A stretch of DNA of 64,000 nucleotides, taken from the human T2T-CHM13v2.0 reference genome, Homo sapiens. The notes beneath the pieces were generated by a model that searched no databases, was not told where the DNA came from, and saw only the letters and a list, made by a program, of their open reading frames with translations. A program made the position numbers and the translations under genes. Positions 30,193 through 48,600 of this stretch are shown piece after piece. Where the stretch lies: NCBI RefSeq assembly GCF_009914755.1, contig NC_060928.1. One strand, written 5' to 3'. Every line of letters begins with the position of its first letter. The first letter of the stretch is position 1.

Positions 30193-30576
30193 CTCACTGG
30201 GATCTTTTATCTAAAACCTTTTACTGGTTTTCAAGTTGGTTTAAGAGTTCAACCTTGAGATTGACTTCTGCTACTGGTAGATTTTTATTTTTGGGGGGGT
30301 AAAAATCAGATGGTGAGTTTAGAATTTAATAGATTGAAGTATTATTTTCTGGATTTAATTTACTTTTATTAAACTCAGCTAAATTCCATTTGAACTTTCA
30401 TTTAAATGAAAACATTTAGTTCTTTACACAATAGTGATTATTCTAGAAAAGAGCTGGGATTGGAACAGGATTTTACTAAAAGGGTTATTAATTTCAGCAA
30501 ACCTATTATGAAGATGTAGCTAAAAGTTGTTCTGCATACATTTCCAGGCAATACACTTTGTGATACCATTTCCTTA

Positions 30577-30954
<378 letters not shown>

Positions 30955-31052
30955 CTACAATCCTGTTTGTGTTTCTCAAAGTGTAGTTTTATGACCATCT
31001 ATGATAAAAAACCATTTGGAATATTTGTTAAAAATCAAATGCGCAGGCTTCT

Positions 31053-31310
31053 GGGCCAGGCACAGTGGCTCATGCCTGTAATCTCAGCATGGGAGGCCTA
31101 TGTACAAGGATTGCTTGAACCCAGAAGTTTGAGACCAGTCTAAGCAACATAGTAAGACCCTGTATCTACAAAAAATTAAAAAATTAGCCAGGCATGCTGG
31201 CATGTGCCTGTAGTCCCAGCTACTCAGGACCACTTGAGCCCAGGAGTTTGAGGCTGCAGTGAACCATGATTGTGCCACTGCTCTACTGGGGGTGGCAGAG
31301 TGAGACCTTG
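31053..31310 (+). mobile_element. Alu (AluJ-like, internally deleted, (CA)n tail)
   Basis: GGCCAGGCACAGTGGCTCATGCCTGTAATC...GAGTGAGACCTTG. Confidence 0.88.
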
Positions 31311-32005
31311 ACACACACACACACACAGTCACGCACAGGCTGTAGGCAGGGAGGAAGTGTTGGTGGGGGCTGGAATCTGCATTTAAGAAGTACCCAAAGC
31401 TATATATCTTTTGAACATTCAGTAGAGAACAACTGTTTTTTAAGGTGGTATAAACTCAGGCAAATTTCTAGAACAAATAACATAATTGAATACAGTGGTT
31501 CTTTACCTTACATTATCTTACATCCTAACAACATTGTCAAAGTACCTGGGTCCCATCCTGACAGAAACAAAAAACCCATTTATGTTGATAGTGACAGATG
31601 ATAGTGTATAGATATATTTATAGTTTGATTGTTTTTTAACTTCCAGAAGTAGTTTAGTACACATTATGGTTGCAAATTTTTAGCAATGCTTGGATTTTTA
31701 TCCCACATAGACTACTTCCTCTTAGCTGCAGTTGAAAATGAAGGCTTGAATTCCTGCGTTATAATCATCTAGCCTTCCATGAACTCCTACCATGATGGGG
31801 AACTCATTATTAACTAAGTCAACATATCCCATTGATACAGTTCTAACATTTCCCTTATTGTAAAATACTTTTCTGTGGCTTCCACCCACTAATCCTAGTT
31901 TGAACCCTGAAGTCATACCAACAATTCTAATTTCTCTTCCAGGAGATAATTTTTCAAGTACAGGATTTGCATAGAAGTATAGAATATTAAATATCTATCT
32001 AATTA

Positions 32006-32558
<553 letters not shown>

Positions 32559-32919
32559 TTAGGTATCTTTTAAAGGTAAGTCATTTTAGATAAGATAATG
32601 GATTTTTAAATAAATACATTTATTGCTTTTTTCCCTTTAGATTAGAAACAAAGTATTTCTTCATACTCCTAAGAGTTTCAGAGTTTCTTTGTCTCACATT
32701 CTAATTTGAGTTAGCCATTTTTGGCTTTGGCTATATATTTCCTTAGAATTATCAATATCCAATTTAATTCCTACCTCCAAACATTAGTGAAAGAAAAGAC
32801 TAAAATGAGATCTACCTCATTTTATATATTTTCAGATTTAATGGACTAAGACATTGCAGTGTTACAGTGCATCACAATCCAGCATATATAAATGATATCT
32901 TCCAATGGGCTTTTTGTAG

Positions 32920-34370
<1,451 letters not shown>

Positions 34371-34429
34371 AAAGATGTATAGAGTATTTCCTTATAATTA
34401 AAAAGAAATCTTTTTCTTCCATTATGGTC

Positions 34430-35870
34430 TTTCTATATGTTGCTCTCTCTACCAGGAATGTTCTTTTTTGGGCTAGTTTTTTGAGTTTTAGGTCTCAGTT
34501 TAAATGTCATTCCTTCAATGGCCTTTCAGTCTAAGGTAGTTTCAACTTTGTTCTTTCATAGCGCCCTTTCTTTTCCTTAATGATATTTATCACAATTTAA
34601 ATGATATATTTGTGAATTTACTCATTTTATGTCTGTCATTCTCATTAGACCGAAGGCTCCATGACAACAATTTATTTTGTTCACTACCATACACCAGTGG
34701 CTAATACAATGCTTGGCCCATATTTGAAAATGAATGATTTTCCAAAAACACATTTTTTATTCTAGGCAAGAGCCTATAGAGGTCTTATGTTGTCTAAAAG
34801 AATATATGGACTTCTTGGGCTAACCTAAGGCCTTCCTTTCACTTTGTCTCCATGCCTATCATTTATTCCTGTTCAGCTAGCCGGGCAGTCAAGCCAGTCA
34901 TCTCTTTAATCCTATGTATGTGTCTCTGCCTTGTTGTTCCTTCTCACCCCTTCCCTTGATATTAATTTCTGACCAAAGCATCCATGAAGGACAAACCTCA
35001 CACTCATATCTTCTAAGAATCCTTCCCTGATTTCAGACAATACTACTCTCATAGCTCCCTTGCTCTATGTTCCCAAAGCACTTATATATAATCTGGCCTA
35101 CAAGAACTGTGAATTTGAGTAAATAATGCCTTGTCATTGTCAGCATTTTTATAAGCTGGTTAACCATTTGGAGAATATGACTACAATTGGATATGGGGAG
35201 TGGGAAATTCATAGAGCTGATTAATTATTTAGTGAATTGGTTATTATGTGAATTTACCTACAGCCAAGAAGGAAGATTGGGAACAATCATAAAGGGCCTA
35301 GAAGATATGATAAAGAGTTTAGATTTTATTGAGTATATTAAGAAGCCATTGGAAGATTTTGACAGAACAGTAGCATGATCTGATTTATGCCTTTTTAAAA
35401 AAATCCCTGGCTGGCCTGTGAAGATGTATTGTGGTGGGACAAGATTGGAAATAGAAGAAAACAGGCTTTTGGTGAGAACTGATGGGATATATGAAGCAAG
35501 AGGGAAAGAATCAAGGATGACTCTTGGGCTTTTGGCTTGAATGGTGTTGTCATTTGTTGAACTGAGGAAGAATTGGAAGGAGCCAATTTTGGGGGGAATC
35601 CAGAAATGAGTTTTTAGACAAGTTAGGTTTGAGATGCCTGTTAGATATTAAAGTGAAGATGTTGAGTAGGCAGTTGAATGTGAGTCTAAAGATCAGGGGT
35701 GAAAATACAAATTTGAGAGTAATCAGGATATTTATTGATAGTATCTATAGCTATGGGTCTGGCAGGGCAGTAAAGGTAGATCCAGAAGAGATGAGGCAAA
35801 GGGCTGAGGCCCAGGGCAATTCAATATTCAGAGGACTAGAAGAGGAGATGCCAGCATCAAGGCAGCAAGG
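34430..35870. mobile_element. LINE-2 fragments
   Basis: L2-like text CAGTTTAAATGTCA...CTCCATGA...TTGGCCCATA; GAAGCCATTGGAAGATTTTGA...GTTGAGTAGGCAGTTGAAT. Confidence 0.6.
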
Positions 35871-36114
35871 ACTGTAACTTCTACTTCTTTTGTATTGAAG
35901 CAGAGTGCCTGCTTCAATGCTGAGCTCACAGTAAGTGTTGAAAAAATTTCCTTCAGTGAAATGAACAAATAAATTGCTGGTAAAATAAGTAAGTAAATTG
36001 CCATACCACATACCTCTTCTGTGTTCATGCCAGAGCATAAAATCATTTTTTTGCCACAGTCTAAGTCGCATACTACAATGGAAAGTTCCACACCTAGCAA
36101 GTACCTACTGGTAG

Positions 36115-36118
<4 letters not shown>

Positions 36119-36164
<46 letters not shown>
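36119..36164. repeat. (GT)n microsatellite
   Basis: About 22 perfect GT units. Confidence 0.97.
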
Positions 36165-36167
<3 letters not shown>

Positions 36168-36187
36168 CATTATAAATTACATGTTTT

Positions 36188-36508
<321 letters not shown>

Positions 36509-38482
36509 TTACATGTCTTAAATGCAGACTTCTCTTCTTCCTTTACTTAAGTACAGATAAATAGCTTTAACTATTATTTAGCAAATGGAAAAATTTCTGA
36601 CCCAGTGTGTTCCTGGGATACATTGGTTGTTGTTTCATTAAAGGATACCAAACTTAATCCTTGGCAATCCATCAAAACCATATATGTTCAAGTGCCAACA
36701 AGAGTGAAATGATTTTGGCCAATTTGAAGAAAATTGGTCTTTTTTTTTTCTTTTTCAGTTGAGGTACATGTACTTAAAATCCCTCCTGGAATACACCCAA
36801 ATTACAAAAGAAAACAAAGTTACCTACTAAAAATTAGAAGGAGTGAGCAAGAGAAGCTTAGGTAGTTATCCATTTTTTTAATTCGATTTTATGTAATTAA
36901 CATTGTTCCAAATGTTGTATGATACCATTTATATCCTAATAGTGTTGTAAGTTTTAATAGATCATTGCAGAGGATACAGGATTATGAGCAAGACATTTCC
37001 AACTAAACAATAAATCATTGCTACCATCCTTTGGTAGGGAGTTGCAAATTTTGATTCTGTCTGAGGGCATTTAGCACAAGCAAGCTTTTGAATGGCTGGA
37101 GCTAAATGGAGACTTAAAAAGAAAAATTATCCCATTTAATTGCCAAAACTAACAGGACCATGCAGTTTAAGTGTTCAGACATTTATGGTGCAAATGCTCA
37201 TACAGGCAGCTGATGTCAGTTCTGGGAACTGGTATTAAGAGCAGTGGCATGAAACAGAGTTGATGAATTAGACAGAAAAGACAGTCCATTTTCGGATTGC
37301 TTTCAAAAAAGCAGCAAGAGAGAAGCAAAGCTGCAAAAGCAAATGAAAACTCCAGCCCAGAACTTGACATTTGAAATATCAAAATTATAGTTGGGAGAGA
37401 TTAAAATTGCTGCCCAGTCTGTGATGTTTTCCACTCATCTCTCTTGGAGGATGAAAATCACTGTTTTTTTAAAGTTCTCTTTTTTTCTTATTAGCTGCCT
37501 TAGAAGACGTTTTTGTTAGAATGACTGAGTCCTTAGAAAATGTTTTTGTTAGAATGACTGAGTCCCAAAGTGAAATTTCCCAAAGTATGTGTTAAAGAAC
37601 AGAAGCAGTATTAAAAAGTGAATAAGCTGCTTAAAGATCCTTAAAACAGACATATCATCTTAAATATCTAAGATACCTTCATCCATAGAAAAACAAAATC
37701 CACATCCTCCCTAAAAGTGATCAGGCTTTTAGAGCATGCCAGAAGATGATATTAATATTCAGTCTTGCATCATTCTCCTTCTTTTCCTGGACACAGTAAA
37801 TCATCATCACTGGAGAAAAGGACCAGCATTTGGGAGAGCTTTTCATAGCCTGTGTAATTAAGTTAAGGAATTTTAAAGAGGAATTTTTCTAAGTCTCAGA
37901 GGGAAAAAGTGTTCTCTTTATATTAGCAGTACAGACACTGTTGTGTTCCAAGAATGGACACCAAGGATGAATTCAATGAATTCCCTCTTTGTATCACACA
38001 TTTGTACCAGGTTCTTTTCAGAAATCAGGATTTTTAAAAGCAAAAAACATTTTCTTTCTTAGATGTTGCAGTTAACTTCATGTAGTGTAGGTAATATAGC
38101 TGCTGCATTTAAAACAATCCTATATACTTTATCATCCTCACATAGTTCTGAGGACTGGGATAAGTCCTGTTGTGTGGGACAACATTCAGAGTAAATTTGG
38201 GCATTAAATAAATGATAGTGAAGAATCTGCCTCTTTTTAAACCTGTAATGAAATGACTTTCCTAGTCAAGAAATATACATTTTCTGTTCTTTTTTAATCT
38301 GATTATTTGCCTTTCTACTAGGAAGCATCATATTTTTCAAAGTGCCTGCATCATCTCCTCAGAGGATCTCTGTCTTTCTCTTCTGACTCAACACATACAT
38401 ACATTTCTGCTCTAATCTACAGTAATACTTTGGAGTAGAACAACTGACATAAGATGTTTTTTATAGAGAAAAAATTACATAC

Positions 38483-38878
38483 CTTTTTCTTCTTTCCTTT
38501 TGGTCTTGGCAGAGGATGCTTCTTAAATGCTCACACTCACTGGGTGAGTTTGGGCAAAAGGAGAAGAGAGGAGGTGCTGGAAGGAGCTTCTTTACAAATG
38601 AACCTTTGTCTGCCTTGTCTCTGGCCTGGGATCGACAGACTCGCTGCTCCAGCCAGGACTGTGGGGAGGAGGGGAGTGGAAGGAGACAAGGCTGCAAGGA
38701 CTGCCTCCTTTGGAAGTGTTCAGTTTGTTCCAAACCAGGCGAGAACGAATAGAACAGCTTCTTTACAGAGGGAAATAACTAGTCTATACAAGAACCTCAG
38801 GGAGGCAGACTCTGGTAGCAATAAAACATAAAACCTGAGGGATTTTAAAAGAACACAGCGTGATTTTTCCCTTAAGAA

Positions 38879-38879
<1 letters not shown>
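38483..38879 (-). other. SCRG1: SCRG1 non-coding exon 1 (5' UTR); upstream boundary uncertain
   Basis: Strong donor AAAAAG|GTATGT at 38482; joining it to 30833 gives ...GAAAAAG-GGCCAAAAGCCAAAATG, as I recall from the SCRG1 mRNA; unique sequence; TSS not determinable from sequence. Confidence 0.8.
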
Positions 38880-38880
<1 letters not shown>

Positions 38881-38923
<43 letters not shown>

Positions 38924-38955
38924 TGTGTCTGTGTGTGAGAGAGAGAGAGAGAGAG
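38881..38955. repeat. Compound (GT)n(GA)n microsatellite at the SCRG1 5' end
   Basis: About 20 perfect GT units, then imperfect GT, then about 9 GA units. Confidence 0.97.
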
Positions 38956-38956
38956 A

Positions 38957-39236
38957 AGAGGAAAGTGGGGAATGGCTAGCTGCGCACCTCTTCCCCTTTC
39001 ACAGTTTTCCTAGCCATCTAGATCTGTTACAAAATCCTGGTAGAAGATACGTTCCAATTCACCTTCCATTTCTCACCCAAAGACTCATTAGTAGTCAGAG
39101 GAAAGTGGGGAATGTCTAGCTGCGCACCTCTTCCCCTTTCACAGTTTTCCTAGCCATCTAGATCTGTTACAAAATCCTGGTAGAAGATACGTTCCAATTC
39201 ACCTTCCATTTCTCACCCAAAGACTCATTAGTAGTC
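38957..39236. repeat. Near-perfect 2 x 140-bp tandem duplication
   Basis: 38957-39096 vs 39097-39236; the only difference I find is G38975 vs T39115. Confidence 0.97.
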
Positions 39237-39439
39237 AATGGAAAGCTAAAATGATGACTAAAAAGAAATGTATTCTGTGCCTTAGAAATAAAAGCACAAA
39301 AGAAATTTTATTCTGTTTTCAGCAAACTATACTGGAATTCTAGCATCTGTTAACTGTTGTTTAGGTTTTTAAAAAATTCGATTAGGAGTAGTGTTTTGGG
39401 AATTAGAGATATTATATTGTAATGGAGTTGGAATTATCT

Positions 39440-40570
39440 AGACAGACAATTGAGGCAAGGGCATTCCAGGTTGAATTACAAAGGCATGAAGGTGAAAAAG
39501 AGGGTGACAACTTCGGAGATTATAGGTGGTTTCATTTGGCTAAAACCAAAGGTGGTAGGAGATGAAATTTGAGAGACAAGAAGCAGCAAATTGATGAATT
39601 ACCTCATATGCCATGCTAAAAAAATTGTTTTTATCGTGAAGATGAATGGAAAGATGATGAAAACATATTAAAAAGGATGAAAAGCCTGACTGCAGTGTGA
39701 AAGAAGGATGGTTTCCTGGGAGGAAAGGAGACTAAAGACAGAAAATACCGGCTTTTGCTGTAGTCCAGAAGGGAAGATAGGAAGGAAAACTGAAAAGACC
39801 TGATGACCACTTAAGTGTTTATGTTTAGCATAGAGATAGGAAATTTTATTAACTTTCAAAGGCTTGGGCCTTTGGACGATGATACTGTTAATCATCTAGA
39901 AAAAGGATATAAAAGGAAGAACTGTTATTCATCTAGGAAAAAGAATACAAAAGTTTTGGCTGGAGGAGGAGTGGGAAAATAGAAATGAGTTAGTTGGTGA
40001 ACGTTGAGTTTAAGGAACCCTAAATACAGTTGAGAATGTTTAGTAGGCAGTTGGTTAAATAGACCTAGAGCTTAGGAAAAAGCCTGGTCTAGAGAATTAG
40101 TTCATCAACCAATCAACTCAATATCAAATAATCTCAACTAAATAACTAATGCAGGTATTCAACTAAATGATAGCCGAAGTCATGGTTGTACCACTAAGAA
40201 GTTACTGTGCTCTTACTGTGTGCCAGGCATTTCATACGTCTGAACTCGTTCACTCTCCTTCCAACCCTATGAAGTAGGTACTATTATTAGTCCCATTTTA
40301 TAAACGAGGGGAACATCAGAGATGTCAGGTAACCTGCCCCAAATCACACACACAGCCAGAAAATGGCGAGACCCTGGCAGTGTGTTTCTAGTGTCTTTGT
40401 TTCCCACCATTATGCTGTACTGCCCCTTAGAATAGATTATAAAGTTCATGATACGACTGAGAGCAGAATTATTCAAGGAATGGGCAGAGAACTGGGAAGG
40501 AAACTGAGAAGAGGTAGCCAAAGAAGTAGGGGAAAATTAGGAGAGTGTCATCATGGAAGTTAAAGGAAGA
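39440..40570. mobile_element. L2 and MIR fragments
   Basis: GGCATTCCAGG...AAAGGCATGAAGG; TACTGTGTGCCAGGC...ATTATTAGTCCCATTTTATAAACGAGG MIR core. Confidence 0.6.
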
Positions 40571-43500
40571 GTATTTCAAGAGAATGGAGGTGAATGGAAG
40601 GCTGCTAATGACAGCAGTGCTGGGAGAACAACACGTGCACACCCTGATATGAAGGTAGGCAGAGCAAAGAGAAGGTCAATACAACCAGAAGCAGTTCCAG
40701 CCCTGACAGAGATCAAATCTCTGCTTGGTCTCCATTTCGCTGAAACTGGAGCAAGTGGCATGGACTTCAGGAAGGGAGATGAGAGGTGTGTGCGCAATGG
40801 ACTGCACATTTCCTTTGCATATTTATAAACAAGTCTGCTGTGATTCTTACTAAATAAAGATGATGCCATACACAGATGGAGTTAATTTGTTTGCATGATT
40901 TAAATGTATATAAATATGTGAATATGAGGAGGAAAATGGAAACTAGCCTTTATTCCACTTTAAGAGCTATCCGTCCTGTTTACCTCAGGTAGATCTAAAC
41001 AGAGGTATGGTGCCAAGGCAAATCAACATTCCCTGTAGATGGATCCTCTCTTTACTCTGTTTTACTCTTATTTCCCTGTGTGTCTAATTCTGTCTAAATT
41101 TCCCTTATTGTGTTGCTTATTTTGTCTCCTTGTGTCTGAATTCATAGCTGCTCAAAATAGTTGATTCATTTTTATATTCAGCAACACTGAAATCCATACA
41201 ATATGCTTGGCATTGTGCTTATGAATGCTGCCTGTAAGTGGTACACAGCAGCTCTTGGTAATGATCTAATCATCTCTGGATCATGTTCTGAGCCACTTAG
41301 GAAAGTTTTCCCCTAAGAAGCACATTTGGACCCTGGCCTCCAAATCCCTTGTGTTTTCAAACATGTGTTTATTACTAGCTGGACTTCCTATCATTTCTAG
41401 GAAGAATCATTAAACAATATCAAACTTATAATTGCTTGTCATTCATCCTGATGTCCATTACATGGAGATGTCTTTTTGAGAAGGAGTTCAATTCCAAACC
41501 AAGGCCTGCAATCACAGAGTCTGCCTTTGTGGTTTTTAATTTGTGGCTCAAATCTGAAACCACTCTTTGTTTTCCTGTAAATGGAGCCTTAAGGCCTTTT
41601 AGTTTTCTTTCCTGATGGGCTGTTACTCAGACCTCTTATCGAACCCGCTTTATGTTGCTCTGAAGACCACCTGTTTATTTGAGACGGCCTCAGGAGCCTC
41701 CCAAAGTGAATCTTTTATGTGACATAGAGCTTCTATTTTAAGTAAAACCATCCAAATGTAATGTACAGATTTCCAGAAAATATGTCCAGCTATGTATTTT
41801 TATGTGATGATGATGACGATGGTGATGATGATGTGTGTGTTTATTTCTATAGGTATATGTTATCACTCTTAGGTGCAGTCAGGTTTGTTAGAAATAGAAA
41901 ATCCTCACAAATTAGTGATAAGACCAATTCGTGAGTAGAGAAACATTTTATACAGAATTTAAGCAATTACATTCAAAGTACTGAAATTAAATTTGTAAAG
42001 AGACCTAATTAGTATTTCTTTTTAAAAAAAAAAAACCTCCCAAAATTGAAAAATTGAGAAAAACACCAAAAAACAGCAAAATCCTTCCAATCAGGTGAAG
42101 TCTGAAGAGATGTCTCAGATATAAATAATTTCAGATATCAGACATCTTAAGCTTGTGAGAGAAAAAAAATGGAACATGCATTAGTTCTTCCTCTGATGTC
42201 CACCTGGGAGCTCATGCATTCACCCTAATTTAGAATCTGCTGCTCCTCTGTTCCATGATTGACCCCTTTCTCTCATTTCCCTCAGGCTTGACTCCTTCTG
42301 GGCTCACCAAGGCTGGCAGTATGGGGAGAAGCAGCAGCTGGTTTCGGCCTTCACAGCTCACATCTTCCCAGGAGAGAGGTAGGACTTTTTTTATGTGAGT
42401 ATCCTTGACAAAAGGAGCCTCAAAATAATTGCACTTATTGAAAACTAACTCACAATATGCTTGTTGAAATGGTGATGAACTGCGACAAAATCACCTCTTA
42501 AAACTACCTTTAAAATCTTTCATCAGTTAAAAAGAAACAAGCTATTTTACTAACTTATTTTTGAACTCAGTAAAAGAGTTTCCTCTTTGATTACAACTAT
42601 ATAAAGTTTCCCTTAAGATATCCACTGAACCTTGGACATTTATGCTTAGAATTGTTTTTGAAAGTGGGTTGAACAACATAACCTCTATTACCCAAACTTA
42701 GCTTTATGTTGCTGAAGTGAGACTCAGGAAAACAGGTTCTACTGAGGAATCGTCAGTAAGGCCCTTGAAGAGACAGCAGAATCACCAAGTAGCTGTTGTG
42801 TAAGAGGGTGAACTGATGCCACCTCCCCTGCAGGGAGAGAAATGCTTCCATGAGGTATTCATATTGGAATGCAATTTCGATGGTATGATGTACTTGGGAA
42901 TGGCTAGGATTCCCAGATGGGCAACCCTGGCTATAATGGGGATAGCCAGGAGAGTCTTCTTGATCAAATGCTTTTAGTCAGAATATCAAACACAAGCTCT
43001 CTTTTCCCTGGGCATAGAGAGTAAGGCACCCACCTTCGTCTGCGCCGCCCCGGGAATGCTGGGCTTTTTAACAGAATTGATACATAGAGACTGTAAGGTT
43101 ACTCATGTAACCATGAGTAACATGATTTTCAATGCTGCAGAAATAAAGTCAGAAAAATGAACATCAGGAGAGACCTGTGTCCAAGAAAACTATCCACTTT
43201 TAGGAGCCCATGGAATAGTTAGAATGAATGGTAATGTTAATATGAAAATAAACTTTGGCAAGAAAAGAGGCCAAGAAGGAAAGGAACATGAAAATAACCT
43301 TTTTAGTTTCCTGGCAGTCTCTAAGGGGCATTGGACTGGTCCATGGAATCACAGCCCAGAGCCTAGCAATAATTTTATGATTTATTGGAGACAACCTACT
43401 CACTTACCAAACCTAGAAAGATGGAAAGATTGACTAAGTGTGTCAACGTGTATTCTTTCGTAGGTCCTGAGTTATTGCCCTAATCTTCTCAAAGCTGTTT

Positions 43501-44439
43501 CACAGACACAAGCATCTGGTGAGTTGATAATGTTAATGATAATAGCAATGATACTAGTAATAATAATGCTATTAACTGCATTGCCAAGTGTGCTAAACAT
43601 TTTGCAAATGTTGTCTTATTTAGTACACGCAACTTACTTACATGAGGTAGTTTCCAGATGGGGGAACTGGGGTTCAAAAAAATTAAGCACTTGGCCAAGA
43701 TCACACAGCTGATAAGTAGTGGAGCACAAACTGGAAACCAAGACAAAACTGTGCTCTTAGCCTGCTGCCACAATAAATAGCAAAAGAAATAGAATGAGAA
43801 ATTGGAGAACCTAAAATAACAGTACCTTTTTAAAAAATTGTAGCCCATAATTTGAATGTGCATGAATCACACCTGCTCTCTGTGAGCCACAGAGTCGTCT
43901 CTCTTTTACTGTGTTTCCTCCGTCCATCTTCTGTTCATATTTGGCTTGAAACAGTTCTTACCTGGACAGTCAGAAACTTAAAGCAGCTGAATGGTGTTTT
44001 CTACAAAGTCAGATATGGACAGTTGCCAAAATATCAGTCCTTGGGACAGAGTTTTTAAGTGATTATAATTCTAGGAGTAAAACCAGTCACTCAGTAAATA
44101 TTTGTTAAATGAATGAATGAGTTAATGAATAAATGAGTGAGGAGATTAGATTCTTGGGTACAGGAGAGGTTCTTGGGAAGTAATCATTCATAATTATTTA
44201 TTGTGTGTCTGCTGTGTACCATGAATGATATTGCAGTGTCGCTGAAGGCAAAGTTCAGCAACTGATCACTATTTCTTCAAGGTCCTCTCCAAAGCACAAG
44301 CTACTTGGCCAGCCTGGCTGCTGAGTCCTAATGTAAACCCTCAGTCTTCTCCCTTGTAAAATAAGGGGTTTAATTGATTGTTTTTATTGCTCTTCTACTT
44401 CCCATTTTTCTATGAGTATATGATTCTAAATATCATTTT

Positions 44440-47180
<2,741 letters not shown>

Positions 47181-48280
47181 TAACATTTATTTTTCAGGTC
47201 AATTAAAATCATTATTTGTAATAATCTAGCCTTTATGCAGCTTCTCAAATATAGCTATTTTAAAAATAATAAACACATTCATATAATAAATCCATTCAGA
47301 ATCAGACACCATTTTGTATAAAAGTGTAAACAATGAACCTGCAATTATTTTATGGAATAAGATAACTTTAGGGCAGTTTAGCAGTATTTCATTTAACATT
47401 CTTTGAAATTTGAGCAGACCTGTGGTCTATGGAAGCTGTTTCTTTTACACTGCAAACAGGGAAATTTATAGGTGTTAAATTTGCTATAAAATTGTTCCTT
47501 TATTGCTCCTTTACTAATAAAACATTAAAAATTACATATTTGGAAATCTAAATAAAAGCATTTTCAAACTGAAATAATAAATACAACACAGTATTAGATA
47601 ACTAAAACTTGCTCCCTTTATGTGTATACATATCAGATAGGACACATGAAATGCCAGGAAATAGGCAATGATGATATTTTCTCTGGATATTTAATCTCTA
47701 AACACATGAAATATATTACATACAGTATAATCCTGATGAAATATAACTTGTTATTCCAGAGGATTGGGTATGTGTTAGAGAGTCACCTATGTCCACTGAA
47801 AGTTTAAAGCATAGCAACAATTCTACGAAAAAAACCCACACCTTTCTATAACACTGTCTTCTATCAAATGACAATTTGATCAAATTAATCTTTGCCTTTA
47901 ATACTAATATTCTAAATAAGCCTCCTTCTTTGGGGGTGAATTAACAAAAATTGCCCCTGGATTGTTACTACCTTACAGAATTTTTACTATGCTTCCACAC
48001 TCTATGTTAGTGACTCGTGTTGATTGGTCCAGTATGGCTCAAGTGTAAATATCTTGACATTAGAAAGATTTAACAATTTTAAGTGATTTATTATGTGTCT
48101 TAAGCTATCTTATGTCTATGGTTTATTTTATGTCTTAAGTTACTTTATGTAAAATATTTGAGAAAATAGAGAAGGATAAGTATCTGAGAATGAAGGGTTT
48201 AAGAATATCACACAAGTTCAATGTCTTTCCCCTCCCCATAGAAATTTTGACCATTTTAGTGTCAGAAAATTAATGAGTCT

Positions 48281-48565
48281 GCTAGGCGCCGTGGCTCACG
48301 CTTGTAATCCCAGCATTTTGGGAGCCTGAGGCAGGCGGATCACGAAGTCAGGAGATTGAGACCATCCTGGCTAACACGGTGAAACCCCGTCTCTACTAAA
48401 AATACAAAAAATTAGCCGGATGTGGTGGCGGGCGCCTGTGGTCCCAGCTACTCCGGAGGCTGAGGCAGGAGAATGGCGTGAACCCGGAGGCAGAGCTTGC
48501 AGTGAGCCGAGATGGCGCCGCCGCACTCCGGCCTGGGCGAAAGAGCAAGACTCAGTCTCAAAAAA

Positions 48566-48597
<32 letters not shown>

Positions 48598-48600
48598 AGA
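48281..48600 (+). mobile_element. Alu (AluY-like)
   Basis: GAATGGCGTGAACCCGG, GAGCTTGCAGTGAGCCGAGAT; target-site duplication GAAAATTAATGAGTCT. Confidence 0.95.
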
